64,000 bases of DNA from Octopus vulgaris (Eukaryota): contig OX597837.1 in the NCBI GenBank assembly GCA_951406725.2, positions 5,022,001 through 5,086,000 on the forward strand. The letters are read 5' to 3'. A program made the translations under genes and the position numbers. This document shows, piece by piece, positions 26,241 through 41,008 of this stretch. Numbering within the stretch: the stretch's first letter is position 1; each line of letters starts with the position of its first letter. The notes beneath the pieces were generated by a model. The model did not search any database, was not told where the DNA came from, and worked only from the letters and a program-made list of their open reading frames with translations.

Positions 26241-28281
26241 ATTACCATGTGCCACGACATAAAAAAAAAAAGAAGCAAAAAAAAAACACATCAAGAACCA
26301 CAGTTCTTACGCAAGCAAACACGTGCGATGGTCATGACCGGATTGTCGTCGTTGATCATAAGGCCTTGTTTCTCAACCAGGGGACCAACCTTAGATATTA
26401 AACAGCAATAATATCAACAACTCTTAACAGCTCCCTCTACAAATTCCTCTTTGGCTCCCATTCTCGCCCCCCTGCCCATACCCCCACCACTGTTCCTTGT
26501 TCTCAGATACCAAGTTTAGTTCTGCTAGAATGTTTTACCAAACCTTACCTCTGCTTTACCAAAACTTTCTCAAACTGTGTCAACAGGCAGAACACTTCCC
26601 CCCTCCACCTCCATCTCCTCTTTTTCCTCCTCCTCCTCCCGTTTTACTCCTCCTTCCACATTCCCTCTTTTCTTTTTTCCTTGCCTCCCACCCTTATTCA
26701 GGAAAACAGATATTCTATGAGCAAAGCTAAATCTCTTCCTCTACACACACACACACACTACACACTACATACACACACACACACACTACACACACTACAC
26801 ACACACACATACTACACACACTACACACACACACTACATACACACACACTACACACACACACGTGTACACACACACTACACACACGTGTACACACACACA
26901 CACGTGTACACACACACACTACACACACACAGACACACACATGCAGAAACACACACGTGTATGTGTCGCTGTGTGTGTGCACGAGTATTTCTGAGAGTGT
27001 ATGTGTTAGTGTGTGTATGCATATGGCTGAGGGTGTGTGTGTGTGTGTGTGTGTGATGGGGATGTGCGTGTGTGTGTGTGTGATGGCATGTATGTGGGTC
27101 AATGTGTGTGTGAATGTATATATGTGTGTGTGTATGAGTGCATGTGTCTGATTGTATATATGTGTGTGTGTGTGTGTGAAAGCATATGTATGTGGGTGAG
27201 TGTGTATGTATGTGTGTGTATGTGTTTATGTGTGAGAGTGAGTATGTGCTGTTGTGTGTATGTGTGTATGGTTGAGAGTGTGTGTGTGTGTGTGTGCACA
27301 TGTATGTGTATATGAGTGTGTGTATGTGTGTGTAGGGTCGAGTGTGTGGGAATGTTTGTGTGTGTGTGTGGGTGTGTGTATGTGTATACTTCATGTATAT
27401 TTGGAATCCAACTTCCACCCCCATCTCCATTCCTTACCCACTTGGCCACCCTAGCTTATCCCCCCCACCTCAAACACACACAGAATCTTCCTCTTTCTTA
27501 CCACTCCCACCCCACCCCTCTCCGATCCCACCCCTCCACCCACACCAATCTCCACACACCAAAGAATGTCTTCTCTTACATGGCTACAACTGGGTCCTAT
27601 CTATCTTTCCTGCTGTCTGTCTGTCTGTCCATCAGGCATTCCCTGGGACTGTCTGTCTGTCTGTTTGTCTGTCTTTCTAGCTGTCAGTCTGACTGTCTGT
27701 ATTCACTACCAGTCCAACGTTTATATCAGCTGAGAGAACCAACTACAGTCCGTTAGAAATAGCAGTCAAATACCCCACTTCAAATCACACCGCATGACCT
27801 TCAAAAAGAAAAAAATGGAAAGAGACACCGGAGAATGTTTTCTTAGATACAGCGCATTGGTGAAAAAGAAAAAAAACCTGTGTGGTGGCCACGGTTAGAA
27901 CCTCATTGATCACTGGTGTACTGGGTCAGGACTTACCTGGGGTCTAAACAGTAACATCATGCAAGCACATTAACACACACATATACTTGCATTCACACAT
28001 ATACACACACAGACGCACGTGCATGGGGTAAATAAGGGAGCCCCTATGGGTTCCCTTGGGCCCGCACTAGAAAAGCCATATCTTGGTACATCAGCCCTCA
28101 CTTGAGAATTGAACAATCGCGGTTGGCCAAAACATATCCGGGTGTTGCGTTTAGTGGGTTACCTAGTGCTTCTGGCAGAAATTCTTCAGGAACAGCGGAA
28201 TTTACACACACACACACCCATACATGTATATATATACATACATATATACATACACACACATTATATAAATCTCTCTCACTC

Positions 28282-28327
28282 TATCTATCTGTCTATCTAT
28301 CTATCTACCTACCTTTCTATCTATCTG

Positions 28328-28402
<75 letters not shown>

Positions 28403-28431
28403 GTCTATCTGTCTGTCTGTCTAACTATCTA

Positions 28432-28518
<87 letters not shown>

Positions 28519-28519
28519 A
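28282..28519. repeat. (TATC)n tetranucleotide repeat
   Basis: Directly visible. Confidence 0.95.
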
Positions 28520-29048
28520 GTTGATGATGCTGTATAAATATACACACAGACACACACATATACATGCACACACGAAGGTACATATATACACAAACAATAT
28601 ATATTTATTTCGTGTTTGGATTTGGTTTGCAAGATTCTTTATGTGAGTTCTTGTAAAAATAAAAATAAAAATAAAAATAAAAGAAATAAGTGGAAATTTT
28701 ACTGGTGTGTGTGTGTTAAATTATAAAGCACAAAAAGAGAATGACTCTCCCCAGACATAACAGAATATATATATATGTAAAGTGTATACACACCTATATA
28801 TATATGTTTGTAAATTGAGGATAGTCATTAAAATTATTATACCAGTGGCTAGTGTATATAAAAAGACCATATTGGTAAAATAAATTTTTAAGTACATAAT
28901 TATAAATATATAATTATAATTAAGGTATTGTAGGTATTTGACATCTGCTTCTAGCGTACAGGCACTGGCATCCCAGTGGTGCCCTTAATTAAAATTACAT
29001 TTTTATAATATATATATATATATATAAATATATACACACATGCACAAA

Positions 29049-29091
<43 letters not shown>

Positions 29092-29106
29092 TTGGCACTA
29101 ATATAG

Positions 29107-29137
<31 letters not shown>

Positions 29138-29367
29138 CAGACAACCTACCAAGAAGCTAAGCTTTCAGCACCAAGGGGCAGCAAAGACTTACACATCCTT
29201 TTCCCATTATGTTGGGTGGGAACAGGATGGTGGTGCTGATGTTGTTGTTGGTGGGGGTGTTTGTAGTGGTGGCGATGGTGGTATGGTTGCAGGCGGTGGT
29301 GGAGACATGGATGGCTATTGTGGTGGCCTTGGTGGTAAGCTTGAACATTACCACCACCACCACCACC

Positions 29368-29434
<67 letters not shown>

Positions 29435-29647
29435 TTGCTATTACTACTACCACCACTACTGTCACAACCCCCAACATACCTTACCCCCCACCAAACAAAC
29501 AGAGGCACCACCCTTCTTACAATCCTGCTGATCACTCTATCACCATCATCATCATCATCATCGTCATCATCATCATCGTCATCGTCGCCATCATCATCGT
29601 GGTGGTCATCATCTTCACCATCCTCATCCTTATCATCATAGTCATTG

Positions 29648-29679
<32 letters not shown>

Positions 29680-30539
29680 GTCATCATCATCACCACCATC
29701 ACCATCGTCATCATCGTTGTCATCATCATCATCATCGACATCATCATCATCATCATCATTATCATCATCATCTTCAAATCATCATCATTCAAATCATCAT
29801 CATCATGGTCATCATCATCATCATCATCATCCAGTCGCAGTAGAGGCTGTGGCGGCAGTGGCGGTGGTGGTGGGGGTGTGGGGCTAAGTGCATCACTAGG
29901 AGCATATGAAATGGGTCTAAGCTCTCCTGCCCCCCCATCCTATTTTTACCCCTACCCTTCCACCCTCACACTGGAAGCCCTCAGCTTTCTTTAAGATTTC
30001 AAGGTCTGCCATCCCTCCACTCACACACAGCCCCTGCTACACTTCACTGTTCATTAATATATGTCCCATTCTCCCCCAGCCTCTTCAGCATCTCTGCAGG
30101 GATCCCTCATTGATGATTTGCAGAGGCAGTTATACACACACATACCCATATACACATGTGTGTGTGTGTGCATGTGTGTATGCGTGCGTATGTGTGTGCA
30201 TGTGTGTGTGTGTCTGTGTATGCATGTGTGTGTATGTGTGTGTGCGTGTGTACATGTGTGTGTGTGTGTGTGTCTGTGTATGCATGTGTGTGTATGCATG
30301 CGTGTATTCATGTGTGTGTGCTTGTGTGTGTGTGTGTCTGTGCGTGCATACACGTGTGTGTTTGTGTGTGCATGTGCATACATGTGCATGAGTGTGTGTG
30401 TGTGTACGTATGTGTGTGTGCAAGTGTGTGTGTGTATGTGTGTATGTGTCTGTGTGTGTATGTGTGTTCATGTGTGTGTGTGTGTGTGTGTGTGCATGCG
30501 TGTGTGTGGAGTATTTATGGTTTATGAACTGGCACCAAA

Positions 30540-30812
30540 AAGACTAGTTACCTTTAATTAAAAACAACCTATTTACCTAAGCTTTAACATCAACCCCTTC
30601 AAAGCAGTCCCCGCTCCCACTGCTCTTCCACTTTTGGAATGCAGCCTCAAAGTCCTGTTTTGTGAATCAATGATCCTCTGTGATTCATTCTGAATTTTGA
30701 CAACGGTGTTAAAACGGTGACCCTTTAAGCTGTATTTTCATCTTGGGGAAGAAATGAAAGTCTTCAGGTGCTAAATCTGATGAATAGGGTTGGTACAGAA
30801 CCAATACCATGT
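30540..30812 (-). mobile_element. Mariner (Tc1/mariner) transposase C-terminal remnant
   Basis: Translation YQPYSSDLAPEDFHFFPKMKIQLKG matches the mariner HPPYSPDLAPxDFxLFxxLKxxLKG motif; frameshifted downstream. Confidence 0.85.
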
Positions 30813-30945
30813 TCATTATTTGCATTATATACATTTGACAGATATTTGTCCTCATCTTGTTTGTTGTTAACACAACGTTTCGGCTGATATAACCTCCAGC
30901 CTTCATCAGGTGTCTTGGGGAAATTTCGAACCTGGGTTCTCATTC
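30813..30945 (-). mobile_element. Family F tail with intact minimal HHR (30869-30914)
   Basis: Reverse complement GACAC-CUGAUGA-a-GGCUG gagguuauau CAGCC-GAAA-CG-UU-GUGUU; same sequence as the arms of 46967-47530. Confidence 0.8.
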
Positions 30946-30959
30946 ACTGCTACTTACTT

Positions 30960-31144
30960 ACTTTATTGACCTCGGTGGAATTTGAACTCAGAACATTAAG
31001 ACAAATTTTGGAGAAGGGGTAGTTGATTGCATCGACCCAAGTGTTTCACTGGTACTTAATTTATTGACCCCGAAAGGAGGAAAGGCAAAGTTGACCTCAG
31101 CAGAATTTGAACTCAGAACATAGCGATGGATGAAATTCCACTAA
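30960..31144 (-). mobile_element. SINE family C-related fragments
   Basis: ggtacttaatttattgaccccgaaagg...gaatttgaactcagaac. Confidence 0.7.
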
Positions 31145-31147
31145 GTG

Positions 31148-31776
31148 GTTGAGGGAACCTGTGGAAGAGGTAGACCCAGGAAGACCTGCAATGAAGTGGT
31201 GAAGCATGACCTTCGAACTTTAGGCCTCACCAAGGAAATGAATAGTGACCGAGACCTTTGGAAATATGCTATGCTTGAGAAGACCCAGCAAGCCAAATAA
31301 GACCATAACCTCGTGGCCTATGCCAGGGCCATAACCAGCCCACTTATGCATACCTTTCCTTCATTGGACACTAAACTCTACTTGCGAAGACCTGTTGAGT
31401 CAAGTGAAATCAAAATCAAACTGAAATATGATGACTGGCACCCGTGCAAGTGGGCTGCAAAGAGCACCATACGAGTGTGATCGTTGCTAGAGCAGCCAAC
31501 TGCCTTCTGTGCCAGTGGCATGTAAAAATCACCATTCGAGTGTGATCATTACCAGCATCGCCTTACTGGCATATGTAAAAAGATTCGTGCGAAGTCGTTG
31601 CCAGTACCGCCTGACTGGCCCCTGTGCCGGTGACACGTAAAAGCATCCACTACACTCTCGGAGTGGTTGGCGTTAGGAAGGGCATCCAGCAGTAGAAACT
31701 CTGCCAGATCAGATTGGAGCCTGGTGCAACCATCTGGTTCATTGCCAGCCCTCATTCAAACCGTCCAACTTGTGCC
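31148..31776 (+). mobile_element. 5'-truncated RTE-clade LINE: ORF end 31148-31300 plus 3' UTR
   Basis: Manual translation VEGTCGRGRPRKTCNEVVKHDLRTLGLTKEMNSDRDLWKYAMLEKTQQAK*, followed by the family UTR. Confidence 0.85.
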
Positions 31777-31782
31777 AAATAC

Positions 31783-31995
31783 ACGCCGCCATCTCTTCAG
31801 CTATCCAACCATCGGAAATGGCTGGATAACTGAAGAGAGATGGCAGCGTGGATTTCCACCTCGGCATCCGAAACTCGGAGTTTTATCATGGCTACCGAAT
31901 AATTGTCACATATTACATTTACAGATAAATTCCTCTATGTACATACATAATATCAGGGTCTCTTTCATTCTTTTGTTGTCTTACCATTTTTATCA
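31783..31995 (+). mobile_element. HHR-bearing repeat family J with a short inverted duplication; HHR at 31825-31887
   Basis: GAUAA-CUGAAGA-GaGAUG...CAUCC-GAAA-CUC G GAG-UU-UUAUC; 31783-31812 is an inverted copy of 31818-31849; homologue at 52941-53090. Confidence 0.75.
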
Positions 31996-32278
31996 ATACA
32001 TATATATATATATATATATTATGGAGATGTACTCGCATAGCAAGTGATTTGATCTGAGATGGTGTGCTGAAACGAAAACAATTGCAGCGTGGAAGGTGTT
32101 TGTAAGCCATTTAAGAAACACAAAAGCCGTTTGATTCACTTCAATATTTAAGTTTAATTTAAACGATGATGATGATGATTGTCAAAATATATTCGTCGCT
32201 AAAATCCGCGACCTGTTCACTGACAAAAATCTGTGCTGCATATATATGTATGTATATATATGTATGTATGTATGTATT

Positions 32279-32314
<36 letters not shown>

Positions 32315-33720
32315 TGTATATATATATATATATATATATGCAGACATGTTTACATGAAAGTTTTGTTTGTGTGTATCAATGTCTATATGTACTGTGTGTG
32401 TGTCTATGTGTAACACTGGTAAGGGATACTCTATGAATGAGCAGGTCCTGACCACGCCTCCACTACTACAATACAACAATCACATGTACACGTGCACACA
32501 CACACATACACGTATGCACACACACACACATACATACACACACACATGCTCACATACACATATGCACACACACACAAATGCTGGAACAGATATACATACA
32601 CACCTTCTCTCTTGCCTCACAGACACAAGCATGTACATAGCCAGTCACAGACATAAGCATTCCCTCCACTCTCACACCCACCTACCCACCCACATCACAC
32701 CCTGAAATGACCCACCCGCCCCCACATCTTCTACCCCGTACCCCCACCCCAACTACTGGCACCCTGCAACCAGCCTCTGCCACCACCACCACCACCACCA
32801 CCACCACCACTTCTAGTACTTTCATGTACTACCAGTCTCCACCCCATGATACCACCACCACCACCACCACCACCACCGCCACTACCACCAAGGCAGCCAC
32901 TGCTACTATTACTACTATAACAGCAGTAACTGGAGCCATCAAGGGAGTCCTCTACATGGTTACTCAACTGGCTAGAAATAACAGCTAAATCGCCCCCCTG
33001 GTCCTATCATCGTTACAAAATAGGGCACGGGGTGTTAATTAAGTAGACCTCAGTTCACCTCCCCCGTCCCGCCAAGCCCTGTGAGTAGGAAAACAAAAAT
33101 AAGGCATGGTGGTCACAACTGGAATTCTTTTGATCATAGGTCTGCTGGATCAAGGTTGACCTGTGGCTATATAATAACAACAACAACCACACATGTAACA
33201 TTCACAGAATCCCTACCACCACCACCACCACCACCACCACCACCTAAGTTTTGTCCTCTTCTTCTTTCTTTGTTTCTTTGTTTCTTTCTTTCTTTACTTC
33301 CTTCTTCTGGATCATGTATTTATTTCATCAACATCCATCTCTCTCTCTTTCTCTCTCTCCCTCCTAAAATAAGTGTGCATGCACACACACACACACACAC
33401 AGACACACACACAGAATCTTAACCTTCCTCAAACTTTGAGACTTCTCGCCCCACCCTCACCTCATCTGCTGCCTTTTTCTATGTTTGAGTCTCCTGGCTT
33501 CTCTCTCTCTCTCTCTCTCTCTCTCTATTTCGCCTATGATACAAACACACACACAGAGACCTAGTCTCTTTCTTTCTCTCTCTCTCTCCCCCTATATACA
33601 TACATATATATATATATTTATATATACACACATATATATATAGATATCTTCCTCTCTTTTTCTCTCTGTCTAATCTATAACACACCCTGTGTGATAAACC
33701 ATTCTCCCCACCCTCATAAG

Positions 33721-33754
<34 letters not shown>

Positions 33755-33957
33755 CCTCCCTCTCTCCCTCCCTTCCCTCCTCTTCGTCTCAACCTTCAGT
33801 CAAGGAAATAAGTCTCTCTCTCTCTCAGACTTTACCAGATTCCTTTCTCAGACCCAAAATTCTGTCCTTGGATTTACAGGCAAAAAACACCAAAACAACT
33901 TTTGGCTCTTTCAAATTTTTTTTTTCCTTTCTGTCCCAGCCCAACAACAACACCACC

Positions 33958-34049
<92 letters not shown>

Positions 34050-34625
34050 AGCCATCAACACATGTTTGTTTTTCAACAAGACCCAGTGATGGATTCCCCA
34101 ATGCGGTCACTTGAATGTTAGAAATAGCAGCCAAATCTCCCTCTCTGAAACCACCCACAACACCCCACATCCCACTATCAGCACCATCACCATCATTTTC
34201 TGTCTTAAGGTAAAAAAAAGAAAAAAAGGGACACAGGATGATGTGAGGTAAAACAAAAAAAAAAACAAGAAAAAGAAAAAATGGATCATATTTGCTCCAT
34301 CAGGACTGACCCGACCTGTGGCTAAACAAACAACACATCTCACACCCTTCCCCAGTCAACACCATCACTACTACGACTACTACTACTGCCTCCCCCACAA
34401 CTACTACTACTACTACCACCCTACCACTCCCCCCTCACTATTACTACTACCAGCACCACCATCACCATCTCCCCTACTACAACTATTATTACCACCACCA
34501 CCTACTACTACTACTGCTACTACTACTACTGCTACTACTATGGGGGGCTGTTGTCAGCTGCTAAGCAGACCCCTACAATTAGAGTAACTAAGAAAAGCAA
34601 CAACCACACACATGTAAATACAATA

Positions 34626-34667
<42 letters not shown>

Positions 34668-35098
34668 TATCCACACACACACACACGCACATGTCATTGC
34701 CTCCCACCATCATTACCAACACCATGACCACCACTACGGACAACAACAAACACACTAACAACACAAGCAATAACAACAACATCAACAAAAATACTTCCCC
34801 AGAATGACACAGTTATAACAAGGAACCGGATCGGATCGACAATATACATATGTATATGTATATATGTATATACACCAAATGAGAGATATATATACCTATG
34901 TGTATATATACATGCACCACAAGGTATATATATACAATTCTCCAGGCTGTGATCAGGTTAGTTCTTTAAATTATTTTGATTTCTTATTTTGCTAACTTTC
35001 TCCTTTTAATCCAAATAACACACACACATATATATATATGTATGTATATATGAATATACATACATTCATACATATGTATGAATATATATATATATAAG

Positions 35099-35323
35099 AA
35101 GGCGGTGAGCTGGCAGAAACGTTAGCACGCCGGGTGAAATGCGTAGCCATATTTTGTCCGCCGTTACGTTCTGAGTTCAAATTCTGCCGAGGTTGACTTT
35201 GCCTTTCATCCTTTCGGGGTCGATAAATAAAGTACCAGTTACGCACTGGGGTCGATGTAATCGACTTAATCCCTTTGTCTGTCCTTGTTTGTCCCCTCTG
35301 TGTTTAGCCCTTTGTGGGCAATA

Positions 35324-35326
<3 letters not shown>
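35099..35326 (+). mobile_element. SINE family C, full length
   Basis: Matches 23373-23606. Confidence 0.9.
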
Positions 35327-35379
<53 letters not shown>

Positions 35380-35448
35380 AACATATACATATGCAAGACA
35401 AAGCATAAATGATGGTCTTCACAGATTTTGCTTTATTGTTCTAAATTT

Positions 35449-35566
35449 GCCTTACAGCTGTTTCCAGTAGTCGTTATAGGTTCATTATTGATAAGTTTGC
35501 TTGATCGGACCATTGATCGGTTGAGAGAAATGACCTGACCTACGAAATTCTACTTTCATCAGAGAC
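35449..35566 (-). ncRNA. Type-I hammerhead motif with about 90-nt stem II insertion
   Basis: Reverse complement GUCU-CUGAUGA-a AGUAG...CUACU g-GAAA-CAGCUG-UA-AGGC. Confidence 0.65.
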
Positions 35567-35579
35567 GTTTCTGGTTTTA

Positions 35580-35800
<221 letters not shown>

Positions 35801-36563
35801 ATCTATGTAAATAAATATGTTAATATGTGACATAATTGCCCGAGGTTACTGTGGTCTTTTCATAGGTATTTTTTTCCACAGATAAACCTCCCCATTTCTT
35901 GGGAACTTTTTGTACAATTTTGACATTTTTTACATATATCTACAACGATTTCGATCCATTTTGATCACTGTCCCTAATTTTTTTTTTTTTCACAAACTTC
36001 AGAGAATTGATTTGTAAATCTTCAATTTCTAATCAAATATATATATATATGTATATACACACATGTAACATTCATTATACATACACACACATATATTAAT
36101 TATATACATATATAAATGTAAATTGATTGTTGATTGATTTAGACTAGAAGAACTCAACATGCTATACATACAGCCATAGAGTCAATATTTCTTTAATTAA
36201 ACCTGGTGATGTGATGATATGAATGTTTAATTGTTCCAATATGTTCCTGAATTTCTTTGAGATAAAACAACGCCTGCTGAATAAAAGCAATATCTATCCA
36301 CCCATCTGTCTGTCTATCAGTCAGTTGGTCTATCTACCGGTCTATTTATCTATCTATCTATCCATCTATTATTCTATCTTTCTATGAATGTATACATATA
36401 TATATATATATATATAGAAGAATACAAAAAATGGGACAAGAAACAAGGATGGGTCATGTTCTTGTCGCATTTTTGTATTCTTTTTTATATACATATAGTG
36501 GCATACATACAGTTTAGCCTTATATATATATATACACACATACACACACACACATAAATATAC

Positions 36564-36620
<57 letters not shown>

Positions 36621-36671
36621 TATGTATATGTATGTATGTATGTATATATATGTGTGTTTGTGTGTGTGTAA

Positions 36672-36864
36672 TGTGCCCGCGTGTGTACCGGTGGCGATTT
36701 TTTTTCCTCTGTCTTCCCTTCTCTGGATCTTTCCTTCTATGTTTCCGACGAAGAGCTCTGCTCGAAACGTTAAACCTCTCCTTCTTTCCTGAGCGTCCAA
36801 TAATACTATATTTGTTCCACGTCCTTCACATTGTTGTGTTTTTTTTGTGGTTTCATGTTTGGAT

Positions 36865-36868
<4 letters not shown>
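36672..36868 (+). mobile_element. Family D HHR repeat; HHR at 36741-36775
   Basis: GUUU-CCGACGA-a-GAGC ucu GCUC-GAAA-CG-UU-AAAC. Confidence 0.75.
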
Positions 36869-36915
<47 letters not shown>

Positions 36916-36984
36916 CAGATGTATTTTTTTTTTTTTTTTTTTTTTGTACTTGTTTCAGTCATTTGACATGCTGACACCGCCTTT

Positions 36985-37102
36985 TAAGTGGTGAAAGAGT
37001 ACAGCAGGGATCATACATATATGAGCTTTTAGGTGTTTTCGCTCAATAAACACACACAACGCCCGGTCTATCCGACCGCAAGTCTGCCCTAACCACTGGG
37101 CA
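36985..37102 (-). mobile_element. SINE family G fragment
   Basis: Matches the reverse complement of 15730-15885 with deletions. Confidence 0.7.
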
Positions 37103-37579
37103 TATATATATATATCGATATATATATATATATATATATATAAACACATATATATATACATACATATATCGATATATATACTCTAGCATGGGCTGGACCA
37201 TATGACATGTTTGAGTGGGCCCAAAAGCTATATTGTGCCCGAGACATCGTTAAGTTGGGCCCTTGGGTCCATCAGATCTCATATATATTATATACATGAT
37301 ATATTGGATTTGGCACCAATAAATATATGAATGAAATAACAAGAATTTGGATCATAATTTACTCTTTGCCAAACCCACATTACGGTGTGACTGTCGTGAA
37401 ACCAGGGTTTTCTACACTTGTAGAATTCCGGCATTGGTCTGGAATACCTGACAGTGTGGATAACACAGTATTGGAGTTGTGGAGTTCTCTGGAAATACCC
37501 TAATTTTACACCCTACCAGGACCTATATATACATACATACATACATATATATATATATATGTATATATATGTGTGTGTG

Positions 37580-37610
<31 letters not shown>

Positions 37611-37853
37611 GAATACTACAATACAGTAGTATTGCTTCTGACTATATTATTGACTGCTATTTCCAGTAAATATTGGTGCATTGTTGTACCATTGTCCTAT
37701 GTTTATATATATATATATATGTATGCACATATATATATATATATATCATCATCATCATTTAATGTTCGTTTTCCATGGGTAGGACAGTTCAACCGGGGTC
37801 TGGGAGTCCATGAGGCTGCACCAGGCTCTAGTCTGATCTGGCAGTATTTCTGT

Positions 37854-37911
<58 letters not shown>

Positions 37912-37930
37912 TTGTGTGTGTGTGTTGAGG

Positions 37931-37962
<32 letters not shown>

Positions 37963-38871
37963 GTTTATTTATTTATATTAAGGGCATTACTATACATAAA
38001 TGGCAAACACTAGGGGAGACTCTTAAAGTCAAAACTACCAACATAAATAAACACACTGTACCAAATACGAGGGAATGCAACTCCCGAAGCGAGCATTTTA
38101 AAAACAGAACATATATATATATGTGTGTATATGCATCCAGCCGTAAAAACCATGCCACAGCAGACAGTGGAACTTGGCACAGTCCTCCGGCTCACAAGCA
38201 CCTGTCAAACCATCCATCCATCCATCCATCCATCCAACCCATGCCAGCATAGAAGGCAGACATTAAATGATGAGGATGATGATGATGATGGTGACGATAA
38301 TGATATACCATTTTGTTTTGTTTGTTGTGTCCTAATTGCCCTTGTGGCAAATAAAGAAAAGGCTGTTTTGTTTGTTTGTTTGTTGGTTGTTTTTTTTTGT
38401 GTAATTATCGCTCATTCATTCATTTGTATTCATCAGCGTTATGTTATTTTAACGACTCTGTTCTCTCCTCCTCCGCACGGCACGTTGAAAGGTGGGGGCT
38501 CAGGTACAAATTTATGGGTTGTGGCTGTTGTTTATGATGGGGATATGATAGTGGGGGTGGGGGCTACACACACACACACACACACACACATACACACACA
38601 CACACGTACTCACACACACATGTATACGTACATGCAAAGGCATGTTTTACAGAAGCGTTAAGGTGAAACCCATGTGTTGTTGAAACTTGTATCTTTATAC
38701 AGTTGACGAGGACCATTCTATCGACCAAATGCAGAATGCAGACAGGCACCAGTCTGCAATTAATATTTGCTTTATAGTTGCTCAATTAATTAATTAAATT
38801 TTGAATTACTAAACTGGGACCAATTGTTAAAGGGGATCTCACAAAGTACAACAATACAGGATATATATATG

Positions 38872-38960
<89 letters not shown>

Positions 38961-39153
38961 ATATACACACACACACACACACGCATTCACACATACATAT
39001 ATGGAACCTCAAACAGGCCTATGTCAAACTTACACTGGCATGGTAAAAACGGATGTTGAAGGAATGAATAAACAAATCTGTTTCTTTCAGTCTGCCTGTT
39101 TTTCTATCTATATTTATACACATGTATATATACATATGTGTAGGTGTGTGTGT

Positions 39154-39195
<42 letters not shown>

Positions 39196-39243
39196 AAACA
39201 AGTCAAAATAGAAAATGCTAAAATAATTTTATAAAGAACATTT

Positions 39244-39281
39244 CAGTACCGGTTTCGGTCATTTTGAGACCTTTTCAACTG
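39244..39281 (-). ncRNA. Minimal hammerhead-like motif, variant core
   Basis: Reverse complement CAG-UUGAAAA-GGUC ucaaaau GACC-GAAA-CCGG-UA-CUG. Confidence 0.6.
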
Positions 39282-39865
39282 TAACGATTAAATAAAAAGT
39301 TTTTTTTAAAGGAATATTTGTATAGTGTTCAAATATAAGTGGCATTCTGCCTTTCTCTGTCTCCCTTGTTTGCACTATATATATATTAGAAGAAATGAGG
39401 TTCTCAGAAATCTGGATGGTTTTATATTTACAGATATTTATTAGTATGTTCCATGTTTTTATAAATCATACATCATATATTAGTGCTTTCGGCCACTCTA
39501 ATGGAGTCTTCAAATTGAACAAACTTTTGCCGGAATTTTGACTCTTTTCATAGTATTATTGAGTGTGTAGGAGTGGGGAGAGATATGTCTGTGTGTGTGT
39601 GTGTGTATATATATATATACATATATATATATAAGTATATATGTATATATGTCATATTTTGGCCAGTATTGGCCACAGTCTGTGATAAATTCAAAAGAAG
39701 AAGCTTGTAAAGTCTTTTAAGTTTTATTTTCATATTCCATAAACTGCAAGTTTTGGGTGTTGCTGTTGGAAACATATCCAGGTGTCATTCATCTGTCTGC
39801 TGTTTAATGGAGGAATTTGCTCAGGTACCATATGAAGGTTATCTATGTGTGTGTATATATGTGCA

Positions 39866-39926
<61 letters not shown>

Positions 39927-40041
39927 GTATGTACATATATCTATATCTATATCTATCTGTCTATCTATATATATATATATATATATAGATACAAATGTAT
40001 ATATATATTAAAGACACACATATAACTATCCGTGTTTGTGG

Positions 40042-40072
<31 letters not shown>

Positions 40073-40190
40073 CATCTATATGGAAAACAGATGTTAAATG
40101 ATGATGATGATGATGATGATGGTGATATGTATACACACACATACATACATATGTGTGTATGTATTTTATACAAGTATGTACATCACTCTT

Positions 40191-40231
<41 letters not shown>

Positions 40232-40378
40232 GTATATACATATATACAGGGTGTCGTGAATAAACTGTCGTCGAAATTACGCTAAAATCAAAATAGCACT
40301 GACATCTCATTTTAACAGATATATTTATTTTGGGGTTTTAATACAAGTATATATATATATACATACATACATACCTAC

Positions 40379-40416
<38 letters not shown>

Positions 40417-40815
40417 GTAGGTATGTATATATATATGTATGTATGTATTTTATAAGTAACGTGTTGTCTGTTGCTAAAAATGGAGTATCTGGGAATCACT
40501 AAGTTTCCACATCCCTTACTTCCGGGCATAGCGAGCTGTACATAGAATTCCCTTTGTAGAATTCCCTTTGTAGAATTCCCTATCCAACCCCCATACTTGC
40601 TTTGCCTTTTATACTAAGTAGTCAGGCCTCAGAATGCACCAACAAATTTTCTCCAGACTGAGACAGCTAAAAACGGTAACTACAATTCCAGGATGTTTTT
40701 CTTCATACTCTGGTCGAGAAACAAAGGATTATGTTTCTGTTTTTACTGGTGCCTATGTCACTCTATTTTTTACTTGGTTTTGACTAAGTCAAAAAAAAAA
40801 AATGTGTGCAACTTA

Positions 40816-40971
40816 GGAGTGGCTGTGTGGTAAGTAGCTTGCTTACCAGCCACATGTTTCCGGGTTCAGTCCCACTGCGTGGCACCTTGGGCAAGTGTCT
40901 TCTACTATAGCCTCAGGCCGAACAAAGCCTTGTGAGTGGATTTGGTAGACGGAAACTGAAAGAAGCCTGTC

Positions 40972-41008
<37 letters not shown>

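Noticed and set aside
30709-30906. Single 65-aa ORF
   Set aside because: A chance fusion of the family F tail and a mariner transposase remnant.
38080-38100. GGGA/UCCC hairpin followed by GAA as another hammerhead
   Set aside because: The core and stems I and III could not be assigned convincingly.
40543-40581. 14-bp direct repeat tagaattccctttg, about three copies
   Set aside because: Simple local slippage; nothing suggests function.
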